A stretch of 64,000 nucleotides of DNA from Phycisphaerae bacterium (GCA_041687095.1 JAWLCQ010000001.1:25664-89663); one strand, 5' to 3'. Positions 8,550 through 18,258 are shown, counted from the stretch's first letter. Numbers and translations: made by a program. The notes: generated by a model from the sequence alone, not told the origin.

Positions 8550-9803
8550 CTACGCCCCGCCGACCAGGCGGATGGTGTTCTTGCCGTTCTCCTTGGCCGA
8601 CTTGAGGCCGCGGTCGCAGGTGCGGAGGAGGTCGCGGCAGGTGGCGCCGTCGCGGGGGAAGACGGCCAATCCGCCCGAGATGGTCAGTACCCCCGTCGCC
8701 TCGGGCCCCAGGGAGGGGAAGGCGTGGCAGTTGACGGTGCGGCGGAAGCGGTCGGCGAGGATCTGGGGGGTCTCGGGCGGTCGGCTGCCGGGGCTGCGGG
8801 GGGGATCGGGGTCCCAGAACAGCACGGCGAACTCGTCGCCCCCGATCCGCGCCACGATGTCATGGCGGCGGGTGGTGCGGCGCATGAGTTCGGCGGTTTC
8901 GCGCAGGATCTCGTCCCCGGCCGCGTGCCCGTAGGTGTCGTTGTAGCGTTTGAAGTTGTCGATGTCGTACAGCAGCATCGTGACGCGGAGGTTGGCGGCG
9001 CGGGCGCGGGCGAGGACCTCGTCGGTCCGCTGGTAGAAATGGCGGCGATTGACGGCCCCGGTGAGGTGGTCGGTGGTGGCGAGGCGGAAGAGGCCTTCGG
9101 TCCGCTCGGCCGCCGCGAGCAGCGACGGGAGGACCCGCTGCAGTTGCCCCAGGAAGCCCGCCCCGCCGCAGCCCCCCGCTCGGGCGGCCGCTCCGTCGGC
9201 GGGGGGGTCTTTGGTGACGACGGCGCGGGGGGGGTTGGTGTCGGCGAGGAGGAGGACCTCCTCGTCGGGGGTGAGGGCGGCGGCATCCTTCCAGAGGAAG
9301 GCGGTCCCGAGGCGGCGGGCGAGGAGGGCGGCGATGGCGGATTCGAGGGCGGCGGTGCTGGCGGTCGCATCGAGGAGGGCGGCGAGGTCGTCGGGGAGCA
9401 GGGCGTTCGTCTGGGCGGGTTCGGCCGCCGCTGACCGGGGGGGCGGGGCGGGCGAATCGGTCGGGGCGTTCAGCAGGCGGCGGACGTCCTCGCGGGCGGC
9501 GGGGTAGAGCAGGTAGTCGTCCAGGGCGGCGGGGGCGAGGGCGCGGATGTGCGGTTCGGCGGTGGGGGGGCACAGCGCCAGCAGCCTCGCCGTCCGCTGC
9601 AGCCGCCGCGACGCCCGAAGGAACCCGTCCAGGTCCTCCCGCGGCGCGGACACCACGACGGCCGTCCAGTCACGGTCCCGCATGCGCTCCAGGGCCTCGT
9701 AGGGATCGGCGCAGGTCGTCAGCCGCTGCTCCCCGACGTACTGGGCGAGGTCGCGCGCGACGGGCGGATCGGCGAGGAGGAGGACGTCGGGGGGGGCGGT
9801 CAT
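8550..9803 (-). CDS. Diguanylate cyclase (GGDEF domain) with N-terminal receiver-like domain
   Basis: RIGGDEFAVLF A-site and RxxD-like motifs, and YDIDNFKRYNDTYGHAAGD. The N-terminal roughly 120 aa are CheY-like. The start MTAPPDV overlaps the upstream stop (ATGA). Confidence 0.85.
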   Translation of the reverse strand: MTAPPDVLLLADPPVARDLAQYVGEQRLTTCADPYEALERMRDRDWTAVVVSAPREDLDGFLRASRRLQRTARLLALCPPTAEPHIRALAPAALDDYLLYPAAREDVRRLLNAPTDSPAPPPRSAAAEPAQTNALLPDDLAALLDATASTAALESAIAALLARRLGTAFLWKDAAALTPDEEVLLLADTNPPRAVVTKDPPADGAAARAGGCGGAGFLGQLQRVLPSLLAAAERTEGLFRLATTDHLTGAVNRRHFYQRTDEVLARARAANLRVTMLLYDIDNFKRYNDTYGHAAGDEILRETAELMRRTTRRHDIVARIGGDEFAVLFWDPDPPRSPGSRPPETPQILADRFRRTVNCHAFPSLGPEATGVLTISGGLAVFPRDGATCRDLLRTCDRGLKSAKENGKNTIRLVGGA

Positions 9804-10498
9804 CGGGCGCCCTCCAGCAGGGCCCGCACCTCCTCGGGGGTGAGGACGGCGGCGAGGCTGGTGAGGGGCTTCTTGCCGCCGCTGCTCCGGAGATCGACTC
9901 GCTCCCACTGGCCCTCGGGGATCCGCGGAGCGTCCTCGTCGTTCGCCGATTCGCCCCCCAGCGCCGTGCCCGTGTCGGGCGCGTCGGCGAGTGGGGACCC
10001 GTCCTCAGGGCGGTCCAGGGCATGGGCGGGTGGGGGAGTCGGTGGGGCTGCGGGGGGGCGCGTTCGGGCGAGGGCGCGGCGGATCTCGTCACACAGCACC
10101 GCCCGCCCCACCAGCCGCACACCGCTGAGGGCGTCGGCGTCGAGGTTGGGCAGCAGCCCACCCACCCCCAGGATCTCCACGCCGTGGCGGCGGGCGAGTT
10201 CCAGCAGCCGCCCGTGTCGCCGGTGCAGCAGGCGCAGCTCGATGACGAGAACCGCGACGGGCCCGCGCAGGATCTCCGCGGCCGCCTCGTAGGCGGTGGG
10301 GACGCGGGTGCATGTCAAGCCGGCCGCACGGAGGGCGCGGTCGCTCTCCGCGTGGAACTCGTTGACTGGGGCGAGAATCACCACCCTCGCACCCTGGGCA
10401 GCACCATCATCGGCCGTCACGCCATGCACCTCCTGCACGCCCCCCTTTGTACCACGTCGGGCCGGATTGGACAACGGACATTGGGCGGAGGCTATCAT
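9800..10498 (-). CDS. Receiver-like (pseudo-receiver) single-domain protein, translationally coupled to the GGDEF gene
   Basis: C-terminal roughly 230 aa of ORF 9800..13123: ARVVILAPVNEF..AAGLTCTRVPTAYEAAAEI..VAVLVIELRLL..GVEILGVG follows the CheY fold pattern, but Glu replaces the phospho-Asp. The start is uncertain (MIAS at 10498, MPPLH at 10519). The remainder of the 1107-aa ORF is antisense to the kinase. Confidence 0.45.
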   Translation of the reverse strand: MIASAQCPLSNPARRGTKGGVQEVHGVTADDGAAQGARVVILAPVNEFHAESDRALRAAGLTCTRVPTAYEAAAEILRGPVAVLVIELRLLHRRHGRLLELARRHGVEILGVGGLLPNLDADALSGVRLVGRAVLCDEIRRALARTRPPAAPPTPPPAHALDRPEDGSPLADAPDTGTALGGESANDEDAPRIPEGQWERVDLRSSGGKKPLTSLAAVLTPEEVRALLEGAR

Positions 10499-10561
10499 GT
10501 AAGGGTGCAGGGGTGGCATATCGGAGCGGCCACTCCTGTGCCCGCAGGTTGGGGCACGGGC

Positions 10562-13500
10562 ATGGAAGACGAACGACACAGCACAGGCGACTGCACGCCC
10601 GCCGATGGCCTCGGCGGGGCGGCGGGAGGGGACGGCGGGCGGGATCTGTCGGCGGCCGAGTTCCGCCTGATCGCGGACTCCTCGTACGACTGGGCCTACT
10701 GGCAGCAGGCGAATGGGACCTTCGCCTACCTCTCGCCCTCCTGCCAGCGGATCACGGGGTACAGCCCGGAGGAGTTCATGGCGGATCCGGAGCTGTACGT
10801 GCGGATCGTCCACCCGAGCGACCGGGAAGGGGTGCGCGAGCACTTCCGCAGCCACGAGGACTGTGTCAAGCAGGCCCCCCTGGAGTATCGCATCCTCCGC
10901 CGCGATGGGGAGGAGCGGTGGATCGGGCACGCGTGCCAGGAGATCCATGACGCCCAAGGCCGCCTGCTGGGCCGCCGCGGGGCCAACCGCGACATCACCG
11001 CCGCCAAGCACATGGAGGCCGAGCTGCGCGAGACGCAGTTCCGCTTCGACCTGGCGCTGGCGAACGCGCCCGTCGTGCTCATGGAGCAGGACCGCGACCT
11101 GCGATGCCTCTGGATGCACCACTCGCAGTTGGGGATGCAGGAGGAGGAGGTCGTCGGGCGGACGGAGGAGGACCTGTTCGGCCGAGACGCGGCGGCGGAC
11201 GTGATTCGCCTGAAGCGCCGCGCCATCGAGGAGGGCGGCCCCGCCCGCGGGGAGGTCCGCCTGCAGTACCGGGGAGAGGAGAGCTGGTGGAACCTCCACG
11301 CCGAGCCCCGCCGCGACGCGCAGGGGCGCGTCGTGGGCGTGGTCTCGACGGCCATCAACGTCACCGAGGCCCACCGCGCCGCCGAGGCCGTCCGCGCCAG
11401 TGAGCAGCGCCTCAAGACCATCATCGACGGGGCGGGGGTCGGCATTGCCAGCATCTCGCGTGAGGGCAAGTGGGAGTGGATGAACGATTCGCTCTGCGAG
11501 TTCCTGGGCTTCTCCCGCGAGGAACTGATGGGGCTGCGGTGGCAGGACGTCACGCACCCCGACGACGTCGCCGCCGACGAGGCGCTGGCGGGGCGGTTGC
11601 GGGCGGGCGAGATCTCCTCGTACTCCATCGACAAGCGCTACATCCGCAAGGACTGGCAGGTCGTCTGGGGCCACCTCACCGTCTCCCGTCAGACCGACCC
11701 GCAGGGCAACCCCGCGTTCTACATCGCCGTCATCCGCGACATCACCGCTCGCAAGCGGGCGGAGGAGGCCCTGCGGGAGCAGGAGCACTTCGCCCGCCGG
11801 CTGATCGACTCCACACTGAGCGGCATGTACATCTATGACACCAGGCAGGGTCAGATCACCTACAGCAACCCCCAGTACGAACGCATCACCGGCTGGTCGC
11901 AGGCCGAACTCAACGCCCTGGCCCCCGAGCCGTTCCTGGACCTGTTCCACCCCGAGGACCGCCCGCGGGTCATCGAGCACATCCGGGCGGTCCGCGAGGC
12001 GTTGGGAGAGGAGGTGTGGGAGATCGAGTACCGCTTCCGCCGCCCCGAGGGGACGTGGATCTGGTGCCTCTCCCGCGAGGCGCCCTTCGAACGCGACCGC
12101 GACGGGACCGTGCGAACCTACATCGGCAGCTTCATCGACATCACCGACCGCAAGCTCGCCGAGGACGCCGTGCGGCGGAGCGAGCAGCGGTGGCGGTCGG
12201 TCTTCGCGGGCGCCCCCATCGGCATGGTCATCACCGACCTGCAGGGGCGGTTCGAGCACGTCAACGACGCCTACTGCCGCCTCGCCGGGTACACCCGCGA
12301 GGAGCTGCAGGCGGGGGACCTCTCCTTCCTGGAACTCACGCACCCCGAAGACCGGGAGGAGACGATCCGGCAGGCGCAGCGGCTGATCGCGGGGGAGATC
12401 CCGACGTACTCCATCGAGAAGCGCTACGTTCGCCGGGACGGCGGGGTGACGTGGGTGCGCGCGTCGGCGGTTCTCCGCCAGAGCGAGCACCACCGGGCGA
12501 TGCAGATCATCGGCCTGGTGGAGGACATCACCGACCGCAAGCGCGCCGAGGAGGCCCTGCGCGAGAGCGAAACCCGCTTCCGCGCCGCCTTCGCCGATGC
12601 GCCGATCGGCATGGTGTTGGTGGACCCCGCGGGGCACTACCTCTACGTCAACGCCGCCTACTGCCGCATCGTCGGGTACAGCGAGGCCGAACTGCTCCGC
12701 CCCGGGTTCGACTTCCAGCGGATCACCCACCCCGACGACGTCGCCCGCCAGGTCGCCGCCATCCGCCGCCTCCTTGCCGGGGAGATCCCGTCGTTCTTCC
12801 TGGAGAAACGCAACGTCCGCAAGGACGGGTCCATCGTGTGGCTGCGGGCGAGCGCCAGCCTCCGCCGTAACGCCTCCGGTGAACCCTACCAGATCATAGG
12901 CCTGGTCGAGGACGTCACCGACCGCGTACACGCCGAATCCGCCCTCCGCGAACAGGAGGCCCGCCTCCGTCTCGCCACCGACGCCGCCCACCTCGGGGTG
13001 TTCGTCTGGGACGTGGGGAGCGACACGGTCACGTGGGAGAACGACCGCATGTACGAGATCTTCGGCGTGTCCCGGGAGGACCCGCCCTACAACCTCGCCG
13101 CTCTCATGGCCGACATCGTCCACCCCGACGACCGCGAGAGCTTCGATGCCAATCTGCGCAGCGGCATGACGCCGGGAGGCACCTTACACTCCATCGGCCG
13201 CATCCGGCGCAAGGACGGGGAGTACCGCTGGGTCGAGGTCGCCGGACGCTGCGAGTTCGACGACGACGGGGCGTGCCGCCGCCTCGTGGGCATCCTCGCC
13301 GACATCACCGACCGCGTCCGCGCCGAGCAGCAGCTCCGCGAGGCCCGCGACGAGCTGGAGCAGCGCGTCCGCGAGCGCACCGCCGAACTCCAACGCCGCG
13401 CCGACCAGCTCGCCCGCCTCACCTCCGAACTCACCCTCACCGAGCAGCGAGAGCGCCGCCGCCTCGCCCAGATCCTCCACGACCACCTCCAGCAGATGCT

Positions 13501-14518
13501 CGTGGGGGCGAAGTTCGGCCTGGAGGTCCTCGCCCGCCGCGTCGGGGAGAAGGAGCAGGCCGACCTCTGGCAGGTCCACGGCCTCCTTGACGAGTCCATC
13601 AACGTCTCCCGCTCCCTCACCGTCGAACTCAGCCCGCCCATCCTTCACGAGGGGGGGATCGTCGCGGGGCTCGAGTGGCTCGTCCGCTGGGTGGGCGAGA
13701 AGCACGGGCTCACCGTGGACCTCCACACCGACGACCACGCCACCACCGACCGCGAGGACGTCCGGGTCCTGCTCTTCCAGGCGGTCCGCGAACTGCTGTT
13801 CAACGTCGTCAAGCACGCCCGCGTCACCCGCGCCGCCGTCACCCTCGACCTCCAGGACGCCGACCACCTCCGCCTCACCGTCCACGACGAGGGCGTGGGC
13901 TTTGACCCGCAGGCCATGTGGAATCGCGCCCCCGCCCCGACCGAGGGCGGGTTCGGGCTCTTCAGCCTCCGCGAACGCCTCAACCTTCTCGGGGGACGCC
14001 TCACGATCGACAGCGCTGCGGGGGAGGGGGTGACGGTGACGATCGTGGCCCCGCGGAGGCACCTCGGGGCGGCCATCAAGACCCCCACCGCCCTCCGCCA
14101 CCGGGCCGCACCCGAAACGACCCCCGCGGCCGCTCCGCCGGAGGCCCCCGGAGAGGAGAGGCCCATTCGCGTCCTGCTCGCCGACGACCACGCCGTCGTC
14201 CGCCAGGGGATCCGCCTCCTGCTCCGTGACCAGCCCGACATTGAGGTCGTGGGGGAGGCGGCCGACGGCGACCAGGCGGTGGACAGCGCCCACCGCCTCC
14301 GCCCCGACGTCATCCTCATGGACTACAGCATGCCCCGCATGAGCGGGGTCGACGCCACCCGTGCGATCCACCGCGAGCTGCCCGGCATCCGTATCATCGG
14401 CCTGTCGATGTACGAGCAGCTCGACCGCGCCGCCGCCATGATCGACGCCGGGGCCACCGGGTACATCACCAAGAGCGGCCCCTCCGAGGAACTCCTCGCC
14501 GCCGTGCGGGGGGAATGA
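10562..14518 (+). CDS. Hybrid sensor histidine kinase: about 6-7 PAS/PAC domains, HisKA_3 (NarX-type) dimerisation domain, HATPase_c, C-terminal NarL-type receiver
   Basis: Repeated PAS signatures (TGYS.EE, DITARK/DITDRK linkers), H-box LAQILHDHLQQ, G-box GFGLFSLRERL..GG.L.I.S..G.G, receiver IRVLLADDHAVVRQGIRLLL..DVILMDYSMP. The start, MEDERHS (10562), is in frame with ORF 10022..14518, whose first 180 aa are low-complexity. Confidence 0.85.
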   Translation: MEDERHSTGDCTPADGLGGAAGGDGGRDLSAAEFRLIADSSYDWAYWQQANGTFAYLSPSCQRITGYSPEEFMADPELYVRIVHPSDREGVREHFRSHEDCVKQAPLEYRILRRDGEERWIGHACQEIHDAQGRLLGRRGANRDITAAKHMEAELRETQFRFDLALANAPVVLMEQDRDLRCLWMHHSQLGMQEEEVVGRTEEDLFGRDAAADVIRLKRRAIEEGGPARGEVRLQYRGEESWWNLHAEPRRDAQGRVVGVVSTAINVTEAHRAAEAVRASEQRLKTIIDGAGVGIASISREGKWEWMNDSLCEFLGFSREELMGLRWQDVTHPDDVAADEALAGRLRAGEISSYSIDKRYIRKDWQVVWGHLTVSRQTDPQGNPAFYIAVIRDITARKRAEEALREQEHFARRLIDSTLSGMYIYDTRQGQITYSNPQYERITGWSQAELNALAPEPFLDLFHPEDRPRVIEHIRAVREALGEEVWEIEYRFRRPEGTWIWCLSREAPFERDRDGTVRTYIGSFIDITDRKLAEDAVRRSEQRWRSVFAGAPIGMVITDLQGRFEHVNDAYCRLAGYTREELQAGDLSFLELTHPEDREETIRQAQRLIAGEIPTYSIEKRYVRRDGGVTWVRASAVLRQSEHHRAMQIIGLVEDITDRKRAEEALRESETRFRAAFADAPIGMVLVDPAGHYLYVNAAYCRIVGYSEAELLRPGFDFQRITHPDDVARQVAAIRRLLAGEIPSFFLEKRNVRKDGSIVWLRASASLRRNASGEPYQIIGLVEDVTDRVHAESALREQEARLRLATDAAHLGVFVWDVGSDTVTWENDRMYEIFGVSREDPPYNLAALMADIVHPDDRESFDANLRSGMTPGGTLHSIGRIRRKDGEYRWVEVAGRCEFDDDGACRRLVGILADITDRVRAEQQLREARDELEQRVRERTAELQRRADQLARLTSELTLTEQRERRRLAQILHDHLQQMLVGAKFGLEVLARRVGEKEQADLWQVHGLLDESINVSRSLTVELSPPILHEGGIVAGLEWLVRWVGEKHGLTVDLHTDDHATTDREDVRVLLFQAVRELLFNVVKHARVTRAAVTLDLQDADHLRLTVHDEGVGFDPQAMWNRAPAPTEGGFGLFSLRERLNLLGGRLTIDSAAGEGVTVTIVAPRRHLGAAIKTPTALRHRAAPETTPAAAPPEAPGEERPIRVLLADDHAVVRQGIRLLLRDQPDIEVVGEAADGDQAVDSAHRLRPDVILMDYSMPRMSGVDATRAIHRELPGIRIIGLSMYEQLDRAAAMIDAGATGYITKSGPSEELLAAVRGE

Positions 14519-14626
14519 TACGCGTTCCACTCAATTCTCGGGTGGGTGCCGTGGTTTGCGGAGCGCAGCGGAGCAACCACGTCCAATCGACGCTGCCTGC
14601 GAATTATCTGGGATGCGTATAAGCCA
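14517..14626 (+). repeat. Copy 1 of a roughly 105-110-nt conserved intergenic repeat (second copy at 35586-35692, inverted), starting at the kinase stop codon
   Basis: atacgcgttccactcaattctcgggtgggtgccgtggtttgcggagcgcagcggagcaaccacgtcc...ctgcgaattatctgggatgcgtat is about 90 % identical to the reverse complement of 35586-35692. It has internal inverted symmetry (attctcggg / cccgagaat, atacgc / gcgtat). Confidence 0.6.
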
Positions 14627-14767
14627 CGGCGCAAGGCGGTATGCGTGGGTGATGAAGCGGTAGGGCGCGCACATGGCGAAGCGCAGCGGAGCCATGTGCG
14701 CGCGGGACGGATCCCGGTGATCCTCCCGCGGGCGGACGGCTCCGCTGTGCTCCGCCGCCTTCGCACC

Positions 14768-16996
14768 CTACGGCCGGCGACGGAGCGTGTCGCGGAGGCT
14801 GCGGACGTGGGCGCGGGCGGCGCGGAGGTCGTCATCGGTGGCGGGGGCGAGGCCCCAGCGGAGGCGGTAGTACAGGGCCACCAGGTCCTCCAGGGGCCCA
14901 GGGGGGAGGTGGAGGCGCTGGGCGGCGAGGGCGGCGATGTGGCGGGGCGTGTGCTGCGGCCCCGCCCGCACCCCGTGCCGCTCCAACAGTCTCAGCAGGT
15001 CCACCATGAACCGCAGCTCCCGTCGGTTGGGCACCAGGGCCCACGCGTGCCCCCGCCAGCTTCGCGGGCGGAGGGAGCGGCGGCGGAGAATCGTCAACTC
15101 CATCGCCAGGACCGCCAGCCCCAGCCCCGCGGCCGCCGGGATCAGCACCCCGTGCAGTTCCCCATGCAGCAGCAGGGCGAGCACGGCCTCCCACACCGTG
15201 CCCCCGACCCTCGCCAGCCAGTGGTACGCCCGCAGAACCCCCGAACGGAGCATCCCCCACAGCTTCCGCTGCGTGTCCCAATCGTACTGGAGGACCTGCT
15301 CGGACCACATCTGCTGCAGCCCGGACCAGTAGTCCGTCAGGGGCGACCACCAGGATCGCTGGATGTCGGCGTAGTCGCCGGGGGTGGCGTCGAAGACGAC
15401 CCAGTCGGTGGCGGGCGTGTAGACTTCGGTCCAGGCGTGGGCGTCGCGTTCGCGGATGACGTAGTCGCCCTCGTTGGCTCCGGCGGGGTCGATACGGAAC
15501 CCCGTGGCGAGGCGGGCCCGCACGCCCACGATGTTGCACATCACCGTCATCGCCGACGCGAAGTACTCGCAGTGCCCCCGCTTCATGTGGAACAGGAAGT
15601 CCTCCACGCCGTCCCGCTTCGGATCCGAGCCCTTCAGGTCCAGCGTGTAGGCGTACTCCTCCCGCAGCCGCTCCGCGATCCGCCCCGCGATCCGCAGGTC
15701 CAGTTCGTTGCGCCGGCGGGGCTCCGTCTGCCGCCGCGCCAGCAGATCCGCGCACCACTGCCGCGCCAGGACCTCCACGCGGCGGGTGGTGTGCACGTAG
15801 GGGCGGACCGCCAGCCCCGCCTCCTGCCGCTCCGCCAGGTAGGCAAGCTGCTCCTCCGACAGCGGGCGGGCCCACGAGTGGACCGTGTAGCGCGCGTACG
15901 GCCGGGGCGAGGGCTCGCGCGGCAGCGAGAGCGTGCCATCCCCCCCCACCCGCCCCTCGCCCGTCTCCCCGAAGACGCGAATCGCCGGGGCGATCCCGAA
16001 CATCGCCGGGGCGAGCGACTGCACCTGCGTGACCTCCTGGACAAGGACCTCCCCCGCCGGGGCGTCGGGACGGGGTGGGGGAGGGGAGGACAGGCCGGGC
16101 AACTGCCCGGGCTGAAAGCCGAACCAGCGGGAGTCGGCGTACTGCTCGAGGGTGTTCCCGCGCAGATACCAAGACCCCGGATCGTCCAGGTTCCCGTCCA
16201 CGTGCACGCGCATAACCGTACGGTCGGACAGGTACACCTCCCGCGTCTGCCCCAATTGGACGCTGCCGCTATACCCCGACGTCGCCGCTGACCGAGACCC
16301 CTGCAGCAGCGCCGCCGACCCCGCGGCCAGACGCGGCACGACGAGGAACATCACCCCCCCCAGCACGGACACCACGGCCAGGATCACCCCCAGCCGCCCC
16401 AGCAGCGCCCGCGTGGGCCAGTGGCGCATCATGTTCCACGCCGCCCGCCGGGGCTCGGGGGCGGCGCCCTCCACGCTGAGGCGGGCGGCGACGGTGTCAT
16501 CGAGGCCCCGTTTCAGCGTCAGCCGCATCGCCGTGTGCGACAGCAGCATCAGCTCGCACAGCAGCAGCAGGGCGTACCACAGGTCCTCGCAGAGCATCGC
16601 CCCGGTGACCACCAGGAGCATGCTGATCGCCAGGAGCTGGACGTAGTCGCGGTTGCGGCGGCGGTCGAAGAGCTTGCAGATCTCGATCAGGATGAGGTAG
16701 TGCCCCAGGATGATGATGAGCTGCTGGCGGCCGGCGAAAAGCTCCAGGAACATCACCGCGGTGGCGAGGATGAGCCCGGTGTTCAGGAGCGGGCGGCGGA
16801 CGTAGACCTCGCAGCCGACCTGGGCGGCGAGGAGGCTGACGCCCACGGCGGCGCTGCCGGCGAGGAGGTAGAACATGGCCCCCTCGGTGATGCTGAACCC
16901 CGCCATTGCCAGCCACACCGCCAGCAGCAGCGGGCGCTCCAGGCGCTTGCGCTCGGTGATGCGGATCTCGGTGTCGGTGTAGGGCCTCAGGGGCAT
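14768..16996 (-). CDS. Transglutaminase-like protein, TgpA-like (N-terminal DUF3488 membrane domain plus transglutaminase core)
   Basis: Six N-terminal TM helices, then a transglutaminase Cys-His-Asp core (GHCEYFASAM...DAHAWTEVY). It is the last gene of the MoxR-DUF58-TGase operon, and its start overlaps the DUF58 stop by 10 nt. Confidence 0.85.
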   Translation of the reverse strand: MPLRPYTDTEIRITERKRLERPLLLAVWLAMAGFSITEGAMFYLLAGSAAVGVSLLAAQVGCEVYVRRPLLNTGLILATAVMFLELFAGRQQLIIILGHYLILIEICKLFDRRRNRDYVQLLAISMLLVVTGAMLCEDLWYALLLLCELMLLSHTAMRLTLKRGLDDTVAARLSVEGAAPEPRRAAWNMMRHWPTRALLGRLGVILAVVSVLGGVMFLVVPRLAAGSAALLQGSRSAATSGYSGSVQLGQTREVYLSDRTVMRVHVDGNLDDPGSWYLRGNTLEQYADSRWFGFQPGQLPGLSSPPPPRPDAPAGEVLVQEVTQVQSLAPAMFGIAPAIRVFGETGEGRVGGDGTLSLPREPSPRPYARYTVHSWARPLSEEQLAYLAERQEAGLAVRPYVHTTRRVEVLARQWCADLLARRQTEPRRRNELDLRIAGRIAERLREEYAYTLDLKGSDPKRDGVEDFLFHMKRGHCEYFASAMTVMCNIVGVRARLATGFRIDPAGANEGDYVIRERDAHAWTEVYTPATDWVVFDATPGDYADIQRSWWSPLTDYWSGLQQMWSEQVLQYDWDTQRKLWGMLRSGVLRAYHWLARVGGTVWEAVLALLLHGELHGVLIPAAAGLGLAVLAMELTILRRRSLRPRSWRGHAWALVPNRRELRFMVDLLRLLERHGVRAGPQHTPRHIAALAAQRLHLPPGPLEDLVALYYRLRWGLAPATDDDLRAARAHVRSLRDTLRRRP

Positions 16997-18192
16997 GGCC
17001 GGGCCTCCGGGGGGGTGGGGAGGCGCTCGTCGGCAAAGATCCGGTCACACCGTTGCGGGTCCACCACGTTCACGCTCCGCGAGGCGTTCAGCAGGGGGGG
17101 CGGGGCGGTCCCGGGGGCGATGGTTACCAGCAGGACGGTGGCGTTCTGCAGAGCCGGCGCCCCGACGCGGGCCGCCAGGGCGGCGGGCGGCACGGCCGGT
17201 GCGTCGTCCACGTCGGCGAGGGCGTCGAGCAGGCGGGCCCGCTGCTCCAGACCGGGCGCGGGGGCGTGGACGAGGATCCCCCCCTCGCCCGCCAACGCCA
17301 TCCCCACGCGATACCCGCGCGCGAAGGCCACGTCCACCACCGTCGCCGTGAACCGCAGCAGTTTCTCCCGTGCCTGGACGGCCTCGGGCGCCTCCCCGGG
17401 CGTTGCGGCGTCCAGCAGCACCCACAGCACGTCCGGGCGCGTGCGGGCCATCTCGCGGACCACGGGGCTGGCGCGGCCGGCGGAGCGGCGCCAGTGGATC
17501 CAGCGGGGGTTGTCGTCGGGGCGGTACTCCCGCAGGCCGAAGAACTCGTCCTGCCCCCCCGTCGCGGGGCTGGGGGCGCTGTTGGAGATCTCCACCGCCC
17601 CGCGCGGCAGCAGCCGCCCGAGCACCTTGCCCCGCGCGGGCCAGACCACGAGGCCATGGTCGCACGGGTAGCGGGCGAATGCCCGGATCAACCCGAAGGG
17701 GAACGTGGTGCTCACGCGGATCTCGCGGAGGCGCCTCCGCCCGCGGGTGTGGGCGACGAACCGCCCCCCGCTGCGGAAGACCGAGCGGCGGGGCAGGTGC
17801 AGGCAGTAGGCGGGAACCCACTCCATGCCCTCGGCGGGGAGTTCCTCGACGTAAAGCCCCAGCGACGAGCCCCACCGCCGCTCGTTCCGCAGGAAGTATC
17901 CCACGTGGGCGACCTGGTTCTGCCAGACCCGCCCCGGCGCTTCGCGACGGATCGAGACCCCGGCGACGTTCCGCCTCGCCATCACCGCCGACACGTGCAA
18001 CGCCCCCATCATCGCCCCGAAGAGCACGAACGACAGCGGCGCCTGCGAGTTCACCCCCGCCGCCCCCACCGTCAGCGAGATCGCCAGGAAGATCCACCCG
18101 CTCATCGTCAGCCGAAAGTGCACAGCCACGCGGCGGCGGCGCTTCCGCCGGCGGGCGGGGGGAGGAGGGGATTGTTCCGTTGGCATCTTCAC
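16987..18192 (-). CDS. DUF58 domain protein (MoxR-associated, VWA-like)
   Basis: DEFFGLREYRPDDNPRWIHWRRSAGRASPVVRE matches the DUF58 signature FxGxREYxPGDxxRxIxWK. The N-terminus is a TM hairpin. GTG/ATG starts lie at 18192/18186. Confidence 0.85.
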   Translation of the reverse strand: MKMPTEQSPPPPARRRKRRRRVAVHFRLTMSGWIFLAISLTVGAAGVNSQAPLSFVLFGAMMGALHVSAVMARRNVAGVSIRREAPGRVWQNQVAHVGYFLRNERRWGSSLGLYVEELPAEGMEWVPAYCLHLPRRSVFRSGGRFVAHTRGRRRLREIRVSTTFPFGLIRAFARYPCDHGLVVWPARGKVLGRLLPRGAVEISNSAPSPATGGQDEFFGLREYRPDDNPRWIHWRRSAGRASPVVREMARTRPDVLWVLLDAATPGEAPEAVQAREKLLRFTATVVDVAFARGYRVGMALAGEGGILVHAPAPGLEQRARLLDALADVDDAPAVPPAALAARVGAPALQNATVLLVTIAPGTAPPPLLNASRSVNVVDPQRCDRIFADERLPTPPEARPCP

Positions 18193-18223
18193 TGCTGTCG
18201 CAGGATCCTTTGGGGAACCAAAT

Positions 18224-18258
18224 CCGAAACCCGAAACCCGAAACCCGAAACCCGAAAC
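18224..18258. repeat. Heptanucleotide tandem repeat (CCGAAAC)x5 in an AT-enriched spacer upstream of the DUF58 gene
   Basis: ccgaaacccgaaacccgaaacccgaaacccgaaac, followed by related aaatccaaaacacgaaatccaaatg. Local GC is far below the 70 % background. Confidence 0.7.

Noticed and set aside
10022-10561. N-terminal 180 codons of ORF 10022..14518
   Set aside because: Gly/Arg/Pro-rich and non-protein-like. It overlaps the candidate minus-strand receiver-like gene, and PAS homology begins after MEDERHS.
10499-13123. Bulk of the minus-strand ORF 9800..13123 (1107 aa)
   Set aside because: Antisense to the PAS histidine kinase, whose plus-strand translation has clear PAS/HisKA/HATPase/REC motifs. 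Only the last roughly 230 codons (receiver-like) lie outside the kinase and were kept, at low confidence.
14546-16291. Plus-strand ORF of 581 aa
   Set aside because: Antisense to the TgpA-like transglutaminase gene, with a low-complexity Arg/Pro/Gly translation. Its first 30 codons are merely the translated 105-nt repeat.
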